Source of the DNA: an uncultured Verrucomicrobiae bacterium
Lineage (GTDB): Bacteria; Verrucomicrobiota; Verrucomicrobiia; Chthoniobacterales; UBA10450
DNA: 64,000 bases
Reading direction: 5' to 3'
Assembly: GCA_963772365.1 (NCBI GenBank)
Contig: CAVYXA010000005.1
Location: forward strand, 128,001 to 192,000
Shown: positions 12,301-21,987 of the stretch, piece by piece
How positions within the stretch are numbered: position 1 is the stretch's first letter
How the letters are laid out: every line of letters starts with the position of its first letter
Notes under the pieces: model-generated
Seen by the model: only the letters and a program-made list of their open reading frames with translations
Database searches by the model: none
Told to the model about the DNA's origin: nothing
Program-made: the position numbers and the translations under genes

Positions 12301-12495
12301 AGCGGCGATCGCTGCGCCAATCGCCGACATGCCATGCTCCTCCACGCGCACACGACCCGCGGATGAAGAGTAGATTGCGGCTGCACGGTGAAACCCGGCC
12401 CCATGGAGATTTTTGCGCACGGTCCGCGCGGTCTTCGTGTCTTGGAAGATGCCGACCACCAAAACGCGGTCGCCTTGCCTCCGCCGAAATCTCAT
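3313..12495 (-). CDS. ndvB: Cyclic beta-1,2-glucan synthase (Cgs/NdvB; glycosyltransferase, TM segments, cyclisation region, C-terminal GH94). ORF open to 12591; start uncertain
   Basis: About 3060-3092 aa; EWLLDNAYL, WIGWERKRGKL, ITLDADT, SHDLLEG, RWIRGDWQ, YDLLASEARL, QSSGAYGFRDQLQD, GDWNDGL, RENGGQYTHAA. Confidence 0.93.
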   Translation of the reverse strand: MRFRRRQGDRVLVVGIFQDTKTARTVRKNLHGAGFHRAAAIYSSSAGRVRVEEHGMSAIGAAIAASALSVAVGAIILWERGMVALYRRVELALLLTALMLVGALAGWLLVRLRERHVDDASLARCTSTILPGETVVLAEVKASETASVVTILRDVEAEAPVTFAFHSPPPFPFGSTTRPLGHELPSGQRLAENAARLADTIPVDREAKPRGPSFLRRLSEIEQALEWTNASLTMSAEVHHAFTLSAEWLLDNAYLIREQIIDLRESLPQTYYGKLPLIGSGPEAGLPRVYQVASEMVAESGGALEAEVIRKFLVAFQAIAPLDIGELWALPLMLRLQLLEGLRALAIQVEQQQSQSEQADFWANRLITAVRHGSPQLLEMMKELVEHHPEPAPHFASELVAHLYDEEAALPMVSGWLERALRAPLLEVIQQEHRRQAVQQTALANVINSCRRLAQIQWRELFESTSWAESELAADPAGVYARQNFETRDRCRSAVEEIARWSNCSEQKTIDQALLLAKAAEDEVARHVGYYLIDAGRPALERATGARVRLAERSRRWLRAHAAGAYFGTTFLFTVALVAAPLLFVAQSTHGLTLGLLGVLLLVPASEVAVLAVNYFVTSLLPPQVLPKMSFKKTGIPDDCRTLVVVPTLLTTPAAIQNELNRLEIRYLGNTDANLRFSLVTDFADALRESMPEDAEYIDIVARGIEELNRRHGAGRFFLFHRGRTWSESEQRWIGWERKRGKLEQLNRFLIGESAPELEGFLCAGDRAQLEGIRFVITLDADTQLLRDTARRLVETLAHPLNQARLSPDSRRVIRGYTIIQPGVSASLPSARATWFSRIFADPRGIDPYTHAVSDVYQDLVGEGSYHGKGIYDLQTFHRLLSGRFPTAHLLSHDLLEGSYIRVGLATDIELLDVFPSSYIEWWNRQHRWIRGDWQIIDWLKPRVPVVGGKVEPNPLSAFNRWKIFDNLRRSLVPPATVALLLAGWLFTPAPLLWSGLIAGLMLWAVLNSLLNLLFHPPPPGTRFWREPRDRLLRSVFAVIFLADYARMALDAIARVAYRRIRTHRLLLEWETAQDARQRVKNQQRRFVLNRLWIPAACVLLFAGAAWRGPTAMVAVAPFLLLSALFPVAVMLIDRPAKSWRGGILTADDRRFLRTTARRTWRYFDEFVGPQTAWLPPDNVQETPKREIFLRTSPTNIGLWMLATVAANDFGYITIDDLVARNLGTLETVGRLERFEGHLFNWYDLKTLEPLHPRYVSTVDSGNLLASLWTFESSCDELAARPLLDASALRGIADTLGVLRQFAAPTKETECPPAFLRLAELTTGQPANLEEILERVRAAREPAQDILLHFGEQETDPRTYWAQQISKQVAAWNGVIDKYLRPVEILMAPPPQLMSLGEATHESRREALASTFSLRNIATEGIPGLVPLLAFHGRRDQPEIPPAVSEWLDLLVTEVEHSRRSASEQLAQLDELIAQSQQLEGGMGLRFLYDEERRIFAIGYQVAERRLDNSFYDLLASEARLTSFLAIARGEVPMEHWWALSRPFGSAYGRLPLLSWSGTMFEYLMPLLFNQTHENSLLDRACHDAVRCQIEYARQSSVPWGISESAFSALDRYNVYQYRAFGVPALALQRGQERDLVVAPYAAALALAVEPVAATKNLRWLATLGDSALLGDYGYYEAIDYSRRTEPGGAAGIIIHCYMVHHQGMSLLAYDNALNDNAMRRRFHSDLRIRATEPLLHEHIPEQILPTTGEVHEERPLSRPIPSAGPAVVAQTPDISSPRIHLLSNGTCSVTVTNSGGGNLRWLDLDVTRWHADATCDVSGPACYIRDLESGTTWSNTHQPLRTPERRHTWSFTPDKAEFRRRSGPCETITEIAVSAEDDAEVRRVTLVNTSRKLCRLELTSYLELALAPHRTDRAHPAFNKLFIETEWLPHCQALVARRRLRAPDDQPMWAAHLMVSESSSFIDSTEFETDRAQFLGRGRTPANPEAITTTLTNSVGAVLDPIFSLRRRVAILPDERFQFALVTVVAESREAVVALVERYSEFHTCARAFETAWTHSQLEMRRLHVRPGDVQTFQQLAALIVFPQAQLRPPPARLGRRAEGQRALWRLGISGDLPIVVIMIGHLRDIEVVREMLTAHTFWNLRGLKVDLVLVSEEPPSYDEPLTTRLRQLTEAQVHLTGVDLPGGVYLRSATKISKEELIVLQAAARMVLVAARGTLRQQLAATTPVIVKPQHLMPARKFQEEPSAPLAFMELKYFNGLGGFTEDGKEFVIYLGPGRQTPLPWINIMANPKFGAFVSESGAECVWGRNSQTDRLTPWFNDPISDPPGTAIYIRDDDMGVVWSPTPQPIREKDAYRARHGQGYTTFEHNSHAIEQRLLIFVPVDDADGQPVRLQRLRLRNRSSRRRKLTVTSYATLVLGSDPEETGMHVVTKWDLQSQSLFARNSYNPEFCDCITFATSTPTPASFTGDRAVFIGRNRSLRDPAAMEHERLTGDVGAGLDPCAAVEVVVEIEPGQSAEITFLLGQTDDEEKARALVKRFRDPVNVEAAFQETKRWWERLLSTIEVETPELSTTFLLNRWLVYQTLSCRLWGRTALYQSSGAYGFRDQLQDVMALVHAAPDIARNQILRAAARQFVEGDVQHWWHPDSGAGVRTRISDDLLWLPFVTAHYVRTTGDVAILDETIPFLEGKELEPKETESLSVPTISHTQDSLLEHCRRALARTATAGPHGLPLIGSGDWNDGLNRVGLRGKGESVWLAWFEICVLDDFAELLILRELGEEAQACRARSAELAKAVDAQAWDGAWYRRAYFDDGAPLGSSENLEARIDSLPQTWAAISGAGDPGRVEVALRSLEENLIREADDLILLFTPPFDKTTADVGYIKGYPPGVRENGGQYTHAATWVPMAFARRGDGDKAVRLLRMLNPVERAREDEDRERYKVEPYIMAGDVYSLADHVGRGGWTWYTGAAAWTYRVWLEEVLGFQRRGDKLTINPVIPKDWPDFRLRYRYQNTLYRIAVENPDHCSRGVVLVEVDGKAIADKIVTLHNDGAPHEVRVVMGTEPRA

Positions 12496-12869
12496 GTCAA
12501 ACCTTATGGTATAAATAGCCTTCCGACCATCGACGTGATTATTGAGGTCTGACCGCGACAGGCTATCTGCGGACATGGAATAGTGTGGCACCCTCCAGGG
12601 ATTGCGATCGCTAACGCGCGATCTCGCGTTCGAAGATCTTTTGACTGGAGCTTTGGGAAAAACGGTTCGGCCGTCCTAGTTACCCGAAATGTTGCTGAGG
12701 CACTTCGGATTATCTGCAGCCGAATCCGAGACCTGGATTTAGCGGCTGTTATCGGTAGTTCGGCGTCCGCTTTGGCGATTCGGATGCGGATGGCTCGTCC
12801 AGAGCGCAGGCGGGCGTGCTAATAATTTTACGGCTGGCCACGACGCGAATCTAAAATCATCGTCGCACT

Positions 12870-13871
12870 ATGTCGATGTGGACAACTTTGGCGATGTTTG
12901 CCGGGGCCGTGGGCATAATGTGCTGGGCAAGTGTCCTGCTCACCGCGGCTTTGGGACGCATCGGCGCTTTGCTGCGCTTCTCGGAAGGTTTGCTCGGCAT
13001 TGTCACAGCGCTTGGAGCCGATGCGCCGGAGATTTGCACCGCGTTCGCGGCGCTCTCATTCAAGCAGCACGACATCGGCCTTGGCGTCGTGCTGGGTTCG
13101 AACATCTTCAATCTCGCCGGCTTACTTGGCTTGAGCGCGCTGGTTGCCGGCAGAGTGCAAATTGGCCGGCAGGGGCTCTGGTTCACCGGCGGCACGAGTC
13201 TGGTAGTGAGCGCGATACTCGTCGCGTTAGTGCTGCGATGGATTCCGGCCTGGTCGAGCATGGCGTTATTGGCCCTCGTCCTGGCTCCGTACGTGGCGCT
13301 CACAGCGATGCACCCGGCGCAGATCGCGCGGCTCAAACTTCCCTCTTTGTCGAAGAAGTTCCTGGAAGTAGCCGTCGGCCACGTTCACCGCGACTCATCC
13401 AGGCGAAAGAAGACTCGGCGCGCCGCCTGGTACGATCCCATGTGGGTCGTCATAACAGTAGGGCTGATCGTCGGTTCGAGCATGGGCGCAGTGCGTTCGG
13501 TTGTGTCACTCGGCGCACGATGGGGAGTGAGCCAGGCTGTGATCGGCACGCTCATCCTGGCAGCGTTGACATCGATCCCGAACGTCATCGCCGCGGTGCA
13601 GCTCGCTCGCGACGGCCGTGGCGCGGCGGTGGTCAGCGAATCTCTGAACAGCAACACGCTGAACGTTATTGCCGGCATCGCCTTGCCGGCCCTGCTGATA
13701 GGCTTCACGGCGCCTTCGCCACAAATTGTCTTCGCCGCGCTGTGGTTGGTCGGAATGAAGGTGGTCGCGCTCATCGCGGCAAGCCGTCGGCATGGATTGC
13801 TTCGCGGCGGCGGCGCTCTGCTGGTCGCCCTTTACGCAATTTTCGCTGTTATTGTCTTCCTGTGGAAATGA
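12870..13871 (+). CDS. Na+/Ca2+ exchanger (CaCA) family membrane protein
   Basis: Two hydrophobic halves with alpha-repeat-like motifs ALGADAPE/GSNIFN and ALTSIPN/NSNTLN. Confidence 0.85.
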   Translation: MSMWTTLAMFAGAVGIMCWASVLLTAALGRIGALLRFSEGLLGIVTALGADAPEICTAFAALSFKQHDIGLGVVLGSNIFNLAGLLGLSALVAGRVQIGRQGLWFTGGTSLVVSAILVALVLRWIPAWSSMALLALVLAPYVALTAMHPAQIARLKLPSLSKKFLEVAVGHVHRDSSRRKKTRRAAWYDPMWVVITVGLIVGSSMGAVRSVVSLGARWGVSQAVIGTLILAALTSIPNVIAAVQLARDGRGAAVVSESLNSNTLNVIAGIALPALLIGFTAPSPQIVFAALWLVGMKVVALIAASRRHGLLRGGGALLVALYAIFAVIVFLWK

Positions 13872-14164
13872 ACGCATCTGGCGCGGCGACTGGTTCAGCA
13901 CAACCGTTCGATCCGGTCCACAAACGCACGGAAGCCGATAGGCAGGCTCCGGACGGCAAAACGTTCAAAAGTCAGCAAGGGCGCGCCACAAGTTTTTCTG
14001 GCGCTGGTCACGGACCGCAACGCGGTGCAAGCGAGCGTCGACAAAGCCGCAAAATGGTTTCTTGTTAATGATTGGATAAAGCTACACACATATCGCATTC
14101 TAGACTACCGCCCTCCCGGCTTTCCGGCAGAACGTCCTGCGAAATCCCAGCAAATCCAAAACGC

Positions 14165-14281
14165 ATGAATTACCGCAAGGAATTCCGGGTAAAGCCCGGG
14201 GAGAAAATCCGGCTAAAAAACTTCGGCTGGCAGTTTGCAGTGAAGGACGAGATTCGCAATTTGTGCCAAGAAAACGAGTGA
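14165..14281 (+). pseudogene. 5' stub of polyphosphate kinase 2 (similarity ends near 14224)
   Basis: MNYRKEFRVKPGEKIRLKNF matches MNYRKEFFVRLGSHLQLKDF of the PPK2 at 24552, then unrelated sequence. Confidence 0.75.
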
Positions 14282-14333
14282 CATTTTGCGACATTGATCA
14301 CTATGAAACCGTATCAGTTTTGGAGGGCCCAAA

Positions 14334-16761
14334 TTGAACGCTGAAAAAAAATCGATTGCCGAAAGAGAATCTTCCCATATCAAATCGTTCCGCGAAATTG
14401 GAATCGACGACGTTTGGTTAGTCGGCGGCAAGACAGCCTCGTTAGGCGAAATGTTCCGCGAACTTTCGGCGAAAGGCGTGACAGTGCCGGATGGATTCGC
14501 GATCACCGCCGGCGCGTATCGCGATTTCTTGGGCATAGCCGGGCTCGACCGAAAAATCGACGACCTACTGCGCGGGCTTAATACCCAAAACCTGGAGGCG
14601 CTACGCGACCGTGGATTAAAAATTCGCGAAGCGATTCTGGCCACGCCTTTCCCGGACGCTCTCAGCAACGAAATTCTGGGAGCTTACGATCGTTTGCGCC
14701 AAACCGGCAACGCGGACGCGGGCGTTGCGGTCAGGAGCAGCGCCACAGCGGAGGATTTACCGGATGCCAGTTTTGCCGGCCAGCAGGAAACGTATCTGAA
14801 CGTCCGCGGCCATCACGCCTTGATCGACGCCTGTCGCCGCTGTTTTGCTTCGCTCTTTACTGATCGCGCGATTTCCTATCGGGCCGACAAGGGGTTTAGC
14901 CACCGCAAGATCGCGCTTTCCATCGCGGTGCAACGAATGGTGCGCTCGGATCTCGGCGCGTCCGGCGTAATGTTTACCATCGACACCGAAACCGGCTTTC
15001 GCGACGCCGTATTGATCAACGCCGCTTACGGCCTCGGCGAAAACGTCGTTCAGGGATCGGTCACCCCGGACGAGTATTATGTTTTCAAACCGACCCTGAA
15101 AAACGGTTTCCGGCCCATTCTGCAGAAGACAATCGGCAGCAAGGAATTTAAGCTCATTTACGATGTCGGCGGTGGAAAGATGGTGAAGAATGTCCCGGTG
15201 CCGCCGGACGATCGGAACCGATTTGCGATTTCGGACGACGACATTCTAACACTGGCCCGCTGGGCGTGCGTGATCGAGGAACATTACAGCATGGTCAAAG
15301 GAAGGCCCACGCCCATGGATACAGAATGGGCCAAAGATGGGCGAAGTGGAGAGCTGTTCATTGTCCAGGCGCGGCCTGAAACCGTCGAATCGCGCCGCGA
15401 CCGCGATGTGCTCGAAACCTATGAACTCAAGAAACGTGGACGGGTTCTGGTTAGCGGCCGCAGTGTCGGGTCGAAAATCGCCACCGGGCCGGTGCGCGTC
15501 ATCAAAAGCGCCCAGTACCTCGGCGAATTTCAGGAGGGCGAAGTTCTTGTGACCGACAAGACCGACCCCGATTGGGAGCCAATCATGAAAAAAGCGGCTG
15601 GCGATCGTGACAAATCGCGGTGGGCGAACCTGTCATGCTGCGATCGTGAGCCGCGAGCTGGGAGTCGCGGCCATTGTCGGCACAGAACACGGAACGGAAT
15701 TGCTGCGAAATGGCCAGGCCGTCACCGTCTCATGCGCCGAAGGCGACATCGGTTTCGTTTACGAAGGCAAGTTGCCGTTCGAAGTGGAGCGGACCAACCT
15801 GAAAGGCCTGCCTCGGCCACGCACCAAAGTGATGATGAATGTGGCCAACCCGGAAGATGTATTCGCACTTTCGTTTATTCCCAATGATGGCGTTGGTCTG
15901 GCGCGCGAAGAGTTCATCATCAGCAACTACATCAAGGTGCACCCGCTCGCTTTGCTCGATTACGCGAAGATCGACGACGCGGAAGTGAAAGGGAAGATCG
16001 ACAAGCTGACTTTCGGCTACGACGACAAGGTGCAGTTCTTCGTCGATAAACTGGCGCAGGGCGTCGCCATGATCGCGGCGGCGTTTTATCCGAAAGACGT
16101 GATTCTGCGCCTGAGCGATTTTAAAACAAATGAATACGCCAACCTGATCGGCGGCCGCAAATACGAACCGGTTGAGGAAAATCCGATGCTCGGCTTTCGA
16201 GGGGCTTCGCGTTATTACAACCCGCGCTATCAAGCCGGTTTTGCGCTCGAATGCCGCGCTATGAAAAAAGTCCGCGACGAGATGGGCCTGAAAAATCTGA
16301 AGTTAATGGTTCCGTTCTGCCGCACAGTCGAAGAAGGCCGCAAAGTAATCGCGGAGATGGCCAAGCACGGGCTGAAACGCGACGAAGATAACTTGGAGAT
16401 TTATGTCATGTGCGAGATCCCGAGCAACGTGATCCTGGCCGATGAATTCGCGGAGATTTTCGATGGATTCTCGATCGGTTCAAACGATCTCACGCAACTC
16501 ATCCTCGGCGTAGATCGTGATTCCGAAATCGTGGCGCCGATTTTTGATGAAAGAAATCGAGCGGTGAAAAAGATGATTGCGCAAGTGATCGCAACGGCGC
16601 GCGCCAAAAATCGCAAGATCGGCATCTGCGGCCAGGCGCCGAGCGATTATCCGGAGTTCGCGCAATTTCTGGTGGGGCAAAAGATCGACAGCATCTCATT
16701 GAATTCCGATACTATTATCCAAACCACACGCGCGATCCTGGAAACCGAGAAGACGCCCTGA
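14334..16761 (+). pseudogene. ppsA: Phosphoenolpyruvate synthase split by a +1 frameshift at about 15600 (real or sequencing error)
   Basis: [31 protein letters not shown] in frame of ORF 14334; [34 protein letters not shown] in frame of ORF 15607; one extra G in GCT-G-GCG. Confidence 0.9.
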
Positions 16762-16808
16762 TTTAGAACGTTCGTCTTGAAATGGTCAGCCTCTTTGCCC
16801 GATCCTGA

Positions 16809-18865
<2,057 letters not shown>

Positions 18866-18873
<8 letters not shown>

Positions 18874-19198
18874 CGAGCCAGAGGAAACCTCGAAGAACGA
18901 GCCGACCTTCGCCGCGGAGATCGGCGCGAAGGCGGCGCGCAAGCTCAAGGCGCGTAAATCCACGCAGGGCGTCTGGTTCGGTCTGGGCATGATGGGCCTG
19001 ATCGGCTGGTCGGTAGCGGTGCCGACATTGCTCGGTGCCGCACTTGGTATCTGGTTGGATAAACATCATCCTGGCAAGCATCCCTGGACACTGGCCCTGC
19101 TGATGGCCGGACTCGTGATCGGTTGTTTGAATGCGTGGCATTGGGTCGCCAAGGAAGAGAAGGCGATGCAGGACGAACAGGAGGGTAACGATGAGTGA
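18866..19198 (+). CDS. atpQ: N-ATPase AtpQ (AtpZ/ATPase gene 1 family)
   Basis: GLGMMGLIGWSVAVPTLLGAALGIWLD, 2 TM segments, operon position. Confidence 0.88.
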
Positions 19199-19505
19199 AA
19201 CTCTGAGACTAGTGCTGGCCGGGGCGGCGGGCATGGCACTCGGTGCGGTTTTCTTCGGCGGCCTTTGGTGGACGGTGCGCAAAGGTCTTTCATCCCCACG
19301 GTCGGCGCTTTGGTTCTTCGGCAGCCTGGTGCTGCGAATGAGCATTGCCCTGGTTGGATTTTATTTTGTCGGGCGCGGACATTGGGAACGGTTGCTGGCG
19401 TGTCTGGTCGGATTTGTTGTCGCGCGTTTCATCGTGATGCTGCTGACCCGTCCGCCGATCGAACATCACAGCTCTCGAACATCGGAGGCTCGTCATGCGC
19501 CTTAG
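19191..19505 (+). CDS. atpR: N-ATPase AtpR membrane subunit
   Basis: FFGGLWWTVRK, GSLVLR, GFVVAR with intramembrane Arg residues; between atpQ and atpB. Confidence 0.88.
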   Translation: MSETLRLVLAGAAGMALGAVFFGGLWWTVRKGLSSPRSALWFFGSLVLRMSIALVGFYFVGRGHWERLLACLVGFVVARFIVMLLTRPPIEHHSSRTSEARHAP

Positions 19506-20190
19506 TCCCGACCAGATGATTTTCTGGCAACACGGATTTGTGAAACTCAACGCCACCATTGTGTTCACGTGGGGACTGATGCTCGTGCTGGCCGTCGGTT
19601 CGAAACTGATTACGCGCAAACTGTCCCTGGATCTAAAACGTTCCCGCTGGCAGAACCTTTTGGAAATCGTTGTCAGCGCGATCGAGAAACAAATCAAAGA
19701 CGTCGGCCTCAGCCGTCCGGAGAAGTATCTCGGCTTTCTGGGCACGCTGTTCTTGTTCATCGCGCTCTCCAATTTCTGTACTATTTTTCCCGGCTACGAG
19801 CCGCCGACGAGTTCGCTTTCGACCACGACGGCACTGGCGCTGTCCGTATTTTTAGCCGTGCCGCTGTTCGGCATCGAGGAGCAGGGACTGGGCGGCTACG
19901 TTAAGTCCTACGCGCAGCCAACGCTTCTCATGTTGCCGTTCAACATCATCAGCGAACTCTCGCGCACGCTGGCCCTGGCCGTCCGTCTGTTCGGCAACAT
20001 GATGAGCGGGGTGATGATCATTGGCATTCTGCTCACTATCACGCCCTTCATCTTCCCGATCGTCATGACGGTGCTCGGTCTGCTCACCGGCATGGTGCAG
20101 GCCTACATTTTCTTCATCCTGGCCGCGGTTTACATCGCAGCCGCCACGCGCGTGCGCAAAGCCAAGCCTGAGCCAGCGCCCCAAACTTGA
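19495..20190 (+). CDS. atpB: N-ATPase subunit a
   Basis: ELSRTLALAVRLFGNM, GMVQAYIF. Confidence 0.95.
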   Translation: MRLSPDQMIFWQHGFVKLNATIVFTWGLMLVLAVGSKLITRKLSLDLKRSRWQNLLEIVVSAIEKQIKDVGLSRPEKYLGFLGTLFLFIALSNFCTIFPGYEPPTSSLSTTTALALSVFLAVPLFGIEEQGLGGYVKSYAQPTLLMLPFNIISELSRTLALAVRLFGNMMSGVMIIGILLTITPFIFPIVMTVLGLLTGMVQAYIFFILAAVYIAAATRVRKAKPEPAPQT

Positions 20191-20223
20191 AACATCAACC
20201 ACGAAACAAACAAAGGACATAAC

Positions 20224-20505
20224 ATGGATAACATGACCCTCATTGCAGTTGCCTCAATCGTCACTGCCGGCCTGACGATCGCTCTCGGGAGTGTCGGACC
20301 TGCCCTCGGCGAAGGGCGTGCCGTTGCCACGGCGTTGAGTTCGCTGGCGCAGCAGCCCGATGCCGCAACCACCATCACACGCACCTTGTTTGTGGGCCTG
20401 GCCATGATCGAGTCCATCGCGATCTACTGCTTCGTGGTCTCGATGATCCTCATTTTCGCCAATCCGTTCTGGAACCACGCCATCGCCCAAACCGCTGGAA
20501 AGTAA
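20224..20505 (+). CDS. atpE: N-ATPase subunit c
   Basis: GPALGEGRA, QQPDA loop, MIESIAIY; RBS AAAGGA. Confidence 0.95.
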   Translation: MDNMTLIAVASIVTAGLTIALGSVGPALGEGRAVATALSSLAQQPDAATTITRTLFVGLAMIESIAIYCFVVSMILIFANPFWNHAIAQTAGK

Positions 20506-20508
20506 CCC

Positions 20509-21348
20509 ATGCTCATTGACTGGTTCACCGTCGGCGCGCAGGCGCTCAACTTCCTCATCCTAGTGTGGTTGATGAAGCGCTTTCTTTACAAGCCCATCCT
20601 CCACGCCATCGACGCGCGGGAGAAGCGGATCGCCGCAGAACTCGCGGACGCCGATGGGAAAAAGGCCGAGGCGCAAAAGGAGCGCGACGAGTTCCAGCAC
20701 AAGAACGAGGAGTTCGACCAGCAGCGCGCCGCCCTTTTGAGCAAAGCAACGGACGAGGCGAAAGCCGAACGTCAGCGGCTTCTCGACGAAGCGCGGAAAG
20801 CGGCCGACGCCTTAAGCGCGAAGCGAGGAGAAACGCTGAGGACCGATGCGCGCAACCTAAGTCAGGCCGTCAGTCGCCGAACGCAGGAGGAAGTGTTCGC
20901 CATCGCGCGAAAGGCGCTGACAGATCTCGCCACAACGAGTCTGGAAGAGCGGATGGGCGAAGTGTTCACTCGACGGCTGCGCGAGATGGATGGCAAGGCG
21001 AAAGCCAGCCTCGCCGGGGCCCTTAAGACGGCGTCCGAACCCGCGCTCGTGCGCAGTGCGTTTGACCTGCCGGCAGAACAGCGCGCGGCGATACAAAATG
21101 CGCTCAACGAAACCTTCTCGAGCGAAATAAAACTCCGGTTCGAGACCGCGCCAGACCTCGTCAGCGGGATCGAACTCACCACCAATGGACAAAAAGTAGC
21201 TTGGAGCATCGCGGATTATCTGGCGTCCCTGGAAAAGGGCGTCGGCGAACTTCTGAAAGAGAAGGACAAACCTGAAGCGAAAGCCGATTCAAAGCCCGAA
21301 GGTAAAGCTGAGCCAAAACCGGAGGCTAAACCCAAGCCCAAAGCCTGA
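20509..21348 (+). CDS. atpF: N-ATPase subunit b (long, b-delta type)
   Basis: MLIDWFTVGAQALNFLILVWLMKRFLYKPI, coiled coil, GIEL..WSIADYL. Confidence 0.93.
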   Translation: MLIDWFTVGAQALNFLILVWLMKRFLYKPILHAIDAREKRIAAELADADGKKAEAQKERDEFQHKNEEFDQQRAALLSKATDEAKAERQRLLDEARKAADALSAKRGETLRTDARNLSQAVSRRTQEEVFAIARKALTDLATTSLEERMGEVFTRRLREMDGKAKASLAGALKTASEPALVRSAFDLPAEQRAAIQNALNETFSSEIKLRFETAPDLVSGIELTTNGQKVAWSIADYLASLEKGVGELLKEKDKPEAKADSKPEGKAEPKPEAKPKPKA

Positions 21349-21431
21349 AGCCAAAACCGAACCTGGGCATCACAAAATCACAACACTTTCCCCTCCGAGT
21401 AACGGAGACGGAAAACCAGAAAGAAAAAACA

Positions 21432-21794
21432 ATGAAAACAAGAGTAATTCAATTCACGCTGTCTCTCGCCCTAGTCGCGGGGCTCGGCTTGTCCGTTGCA
21501 GTGGCCGCCGAGGAGTCTCAGGCTGCGCTCAAAGCGCAAGCGAAGATCACTCAGGAAGAGGCCGCAAAGACCGCTCTCGCCAAAGTTCCAAACGGAAAGA
21601 TTAAAGCAGCCGAACTCGAAAAAGAGCACGGCAAGCTCATTTGGTCGTTCGACATTGCCATGCCGAAATCCACAAACATCACCGAGGTTCAGGTGGACGC
21701 AAAGACCGGTAAGATCGTTTCCACTCAGGTCGAGACGCCGATAGACCAAGCAAAGCGGCCGCCGACAAGAAAGCGAAGAAGTAGCGAGTTATAG
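21432..21794 (+). CDS. Secreted PepSY-domain protein inserted in the atp operon; last codons probably frameshifted
   Basis: Signal peptide; AKITQEEAAKTALAKVPNGKIKAAELEKEHGKLIWSFDI..EVQVDAKTGKI. Confidence 0.85.
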   Translation: MKTRVIQFTLSLALVAGLGLSVAVAAEESQAALKAQAKITQEEAAKTALAKVPNGKIKAAELEKEHGKLIWSFDIAMPKSTNITEVQVDAKTGKIVSTQVETPIDQAKRPPTRKRRSSEL

Positions 21795-21881
21795 CCACTG
21801 GTGATTACTACACGAGCGGCTTTCAATTCAATTAGGACCTACCTGTGCGTAAACAAGCCGGTAAAACCGATTGGAACAACA

Positions 21882-21980
21882 ATGAGTCGAGCCGAGCATT
21901 CAATTAACTCAGACATCCGAAGCAAGGTTCCGGCTGTTACCTTGGCCTTCTGGCTCATCAAAATTTGTGCGACCAAATAA
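21882..21980 (+). pseudogene. 5' stub of a COG4705/DUF347 membrane-anchored protein
   Basis: Hand translation [32 protein letters not shown]; SKVPxVTxxFWxIKIxAT is the family N-terminus as I recall it. Confidence 0.7.
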
Positions 21981-21987
21981 AGAGCCA

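Noticed and set aside
12878..14068. 396-aa alternative-frame ORF over the exchanger gene
   Set aside because: Arg/Gly-rich shadow frame typical of high-GC DNA, with no motifs
14277..14297. GTGACATTTT match to the repeat at 28868 as an internal att arm
   Set aside because: Only a 10-bp match with no tRNA core nearby
14294..14307. FNR-like box TTGAT-CACT-ATGAA upstream of ppsA
   Set aside because: One imperfect site, not seen at other island promoters; could be chance
15586..15601. Programmed frameshift at AAAAAAG in ppsA
   Set aside because: The required shift is +1, the heptamer is not in the -1 slippery phase, and removing one G restores the canonical KKAAAIVT
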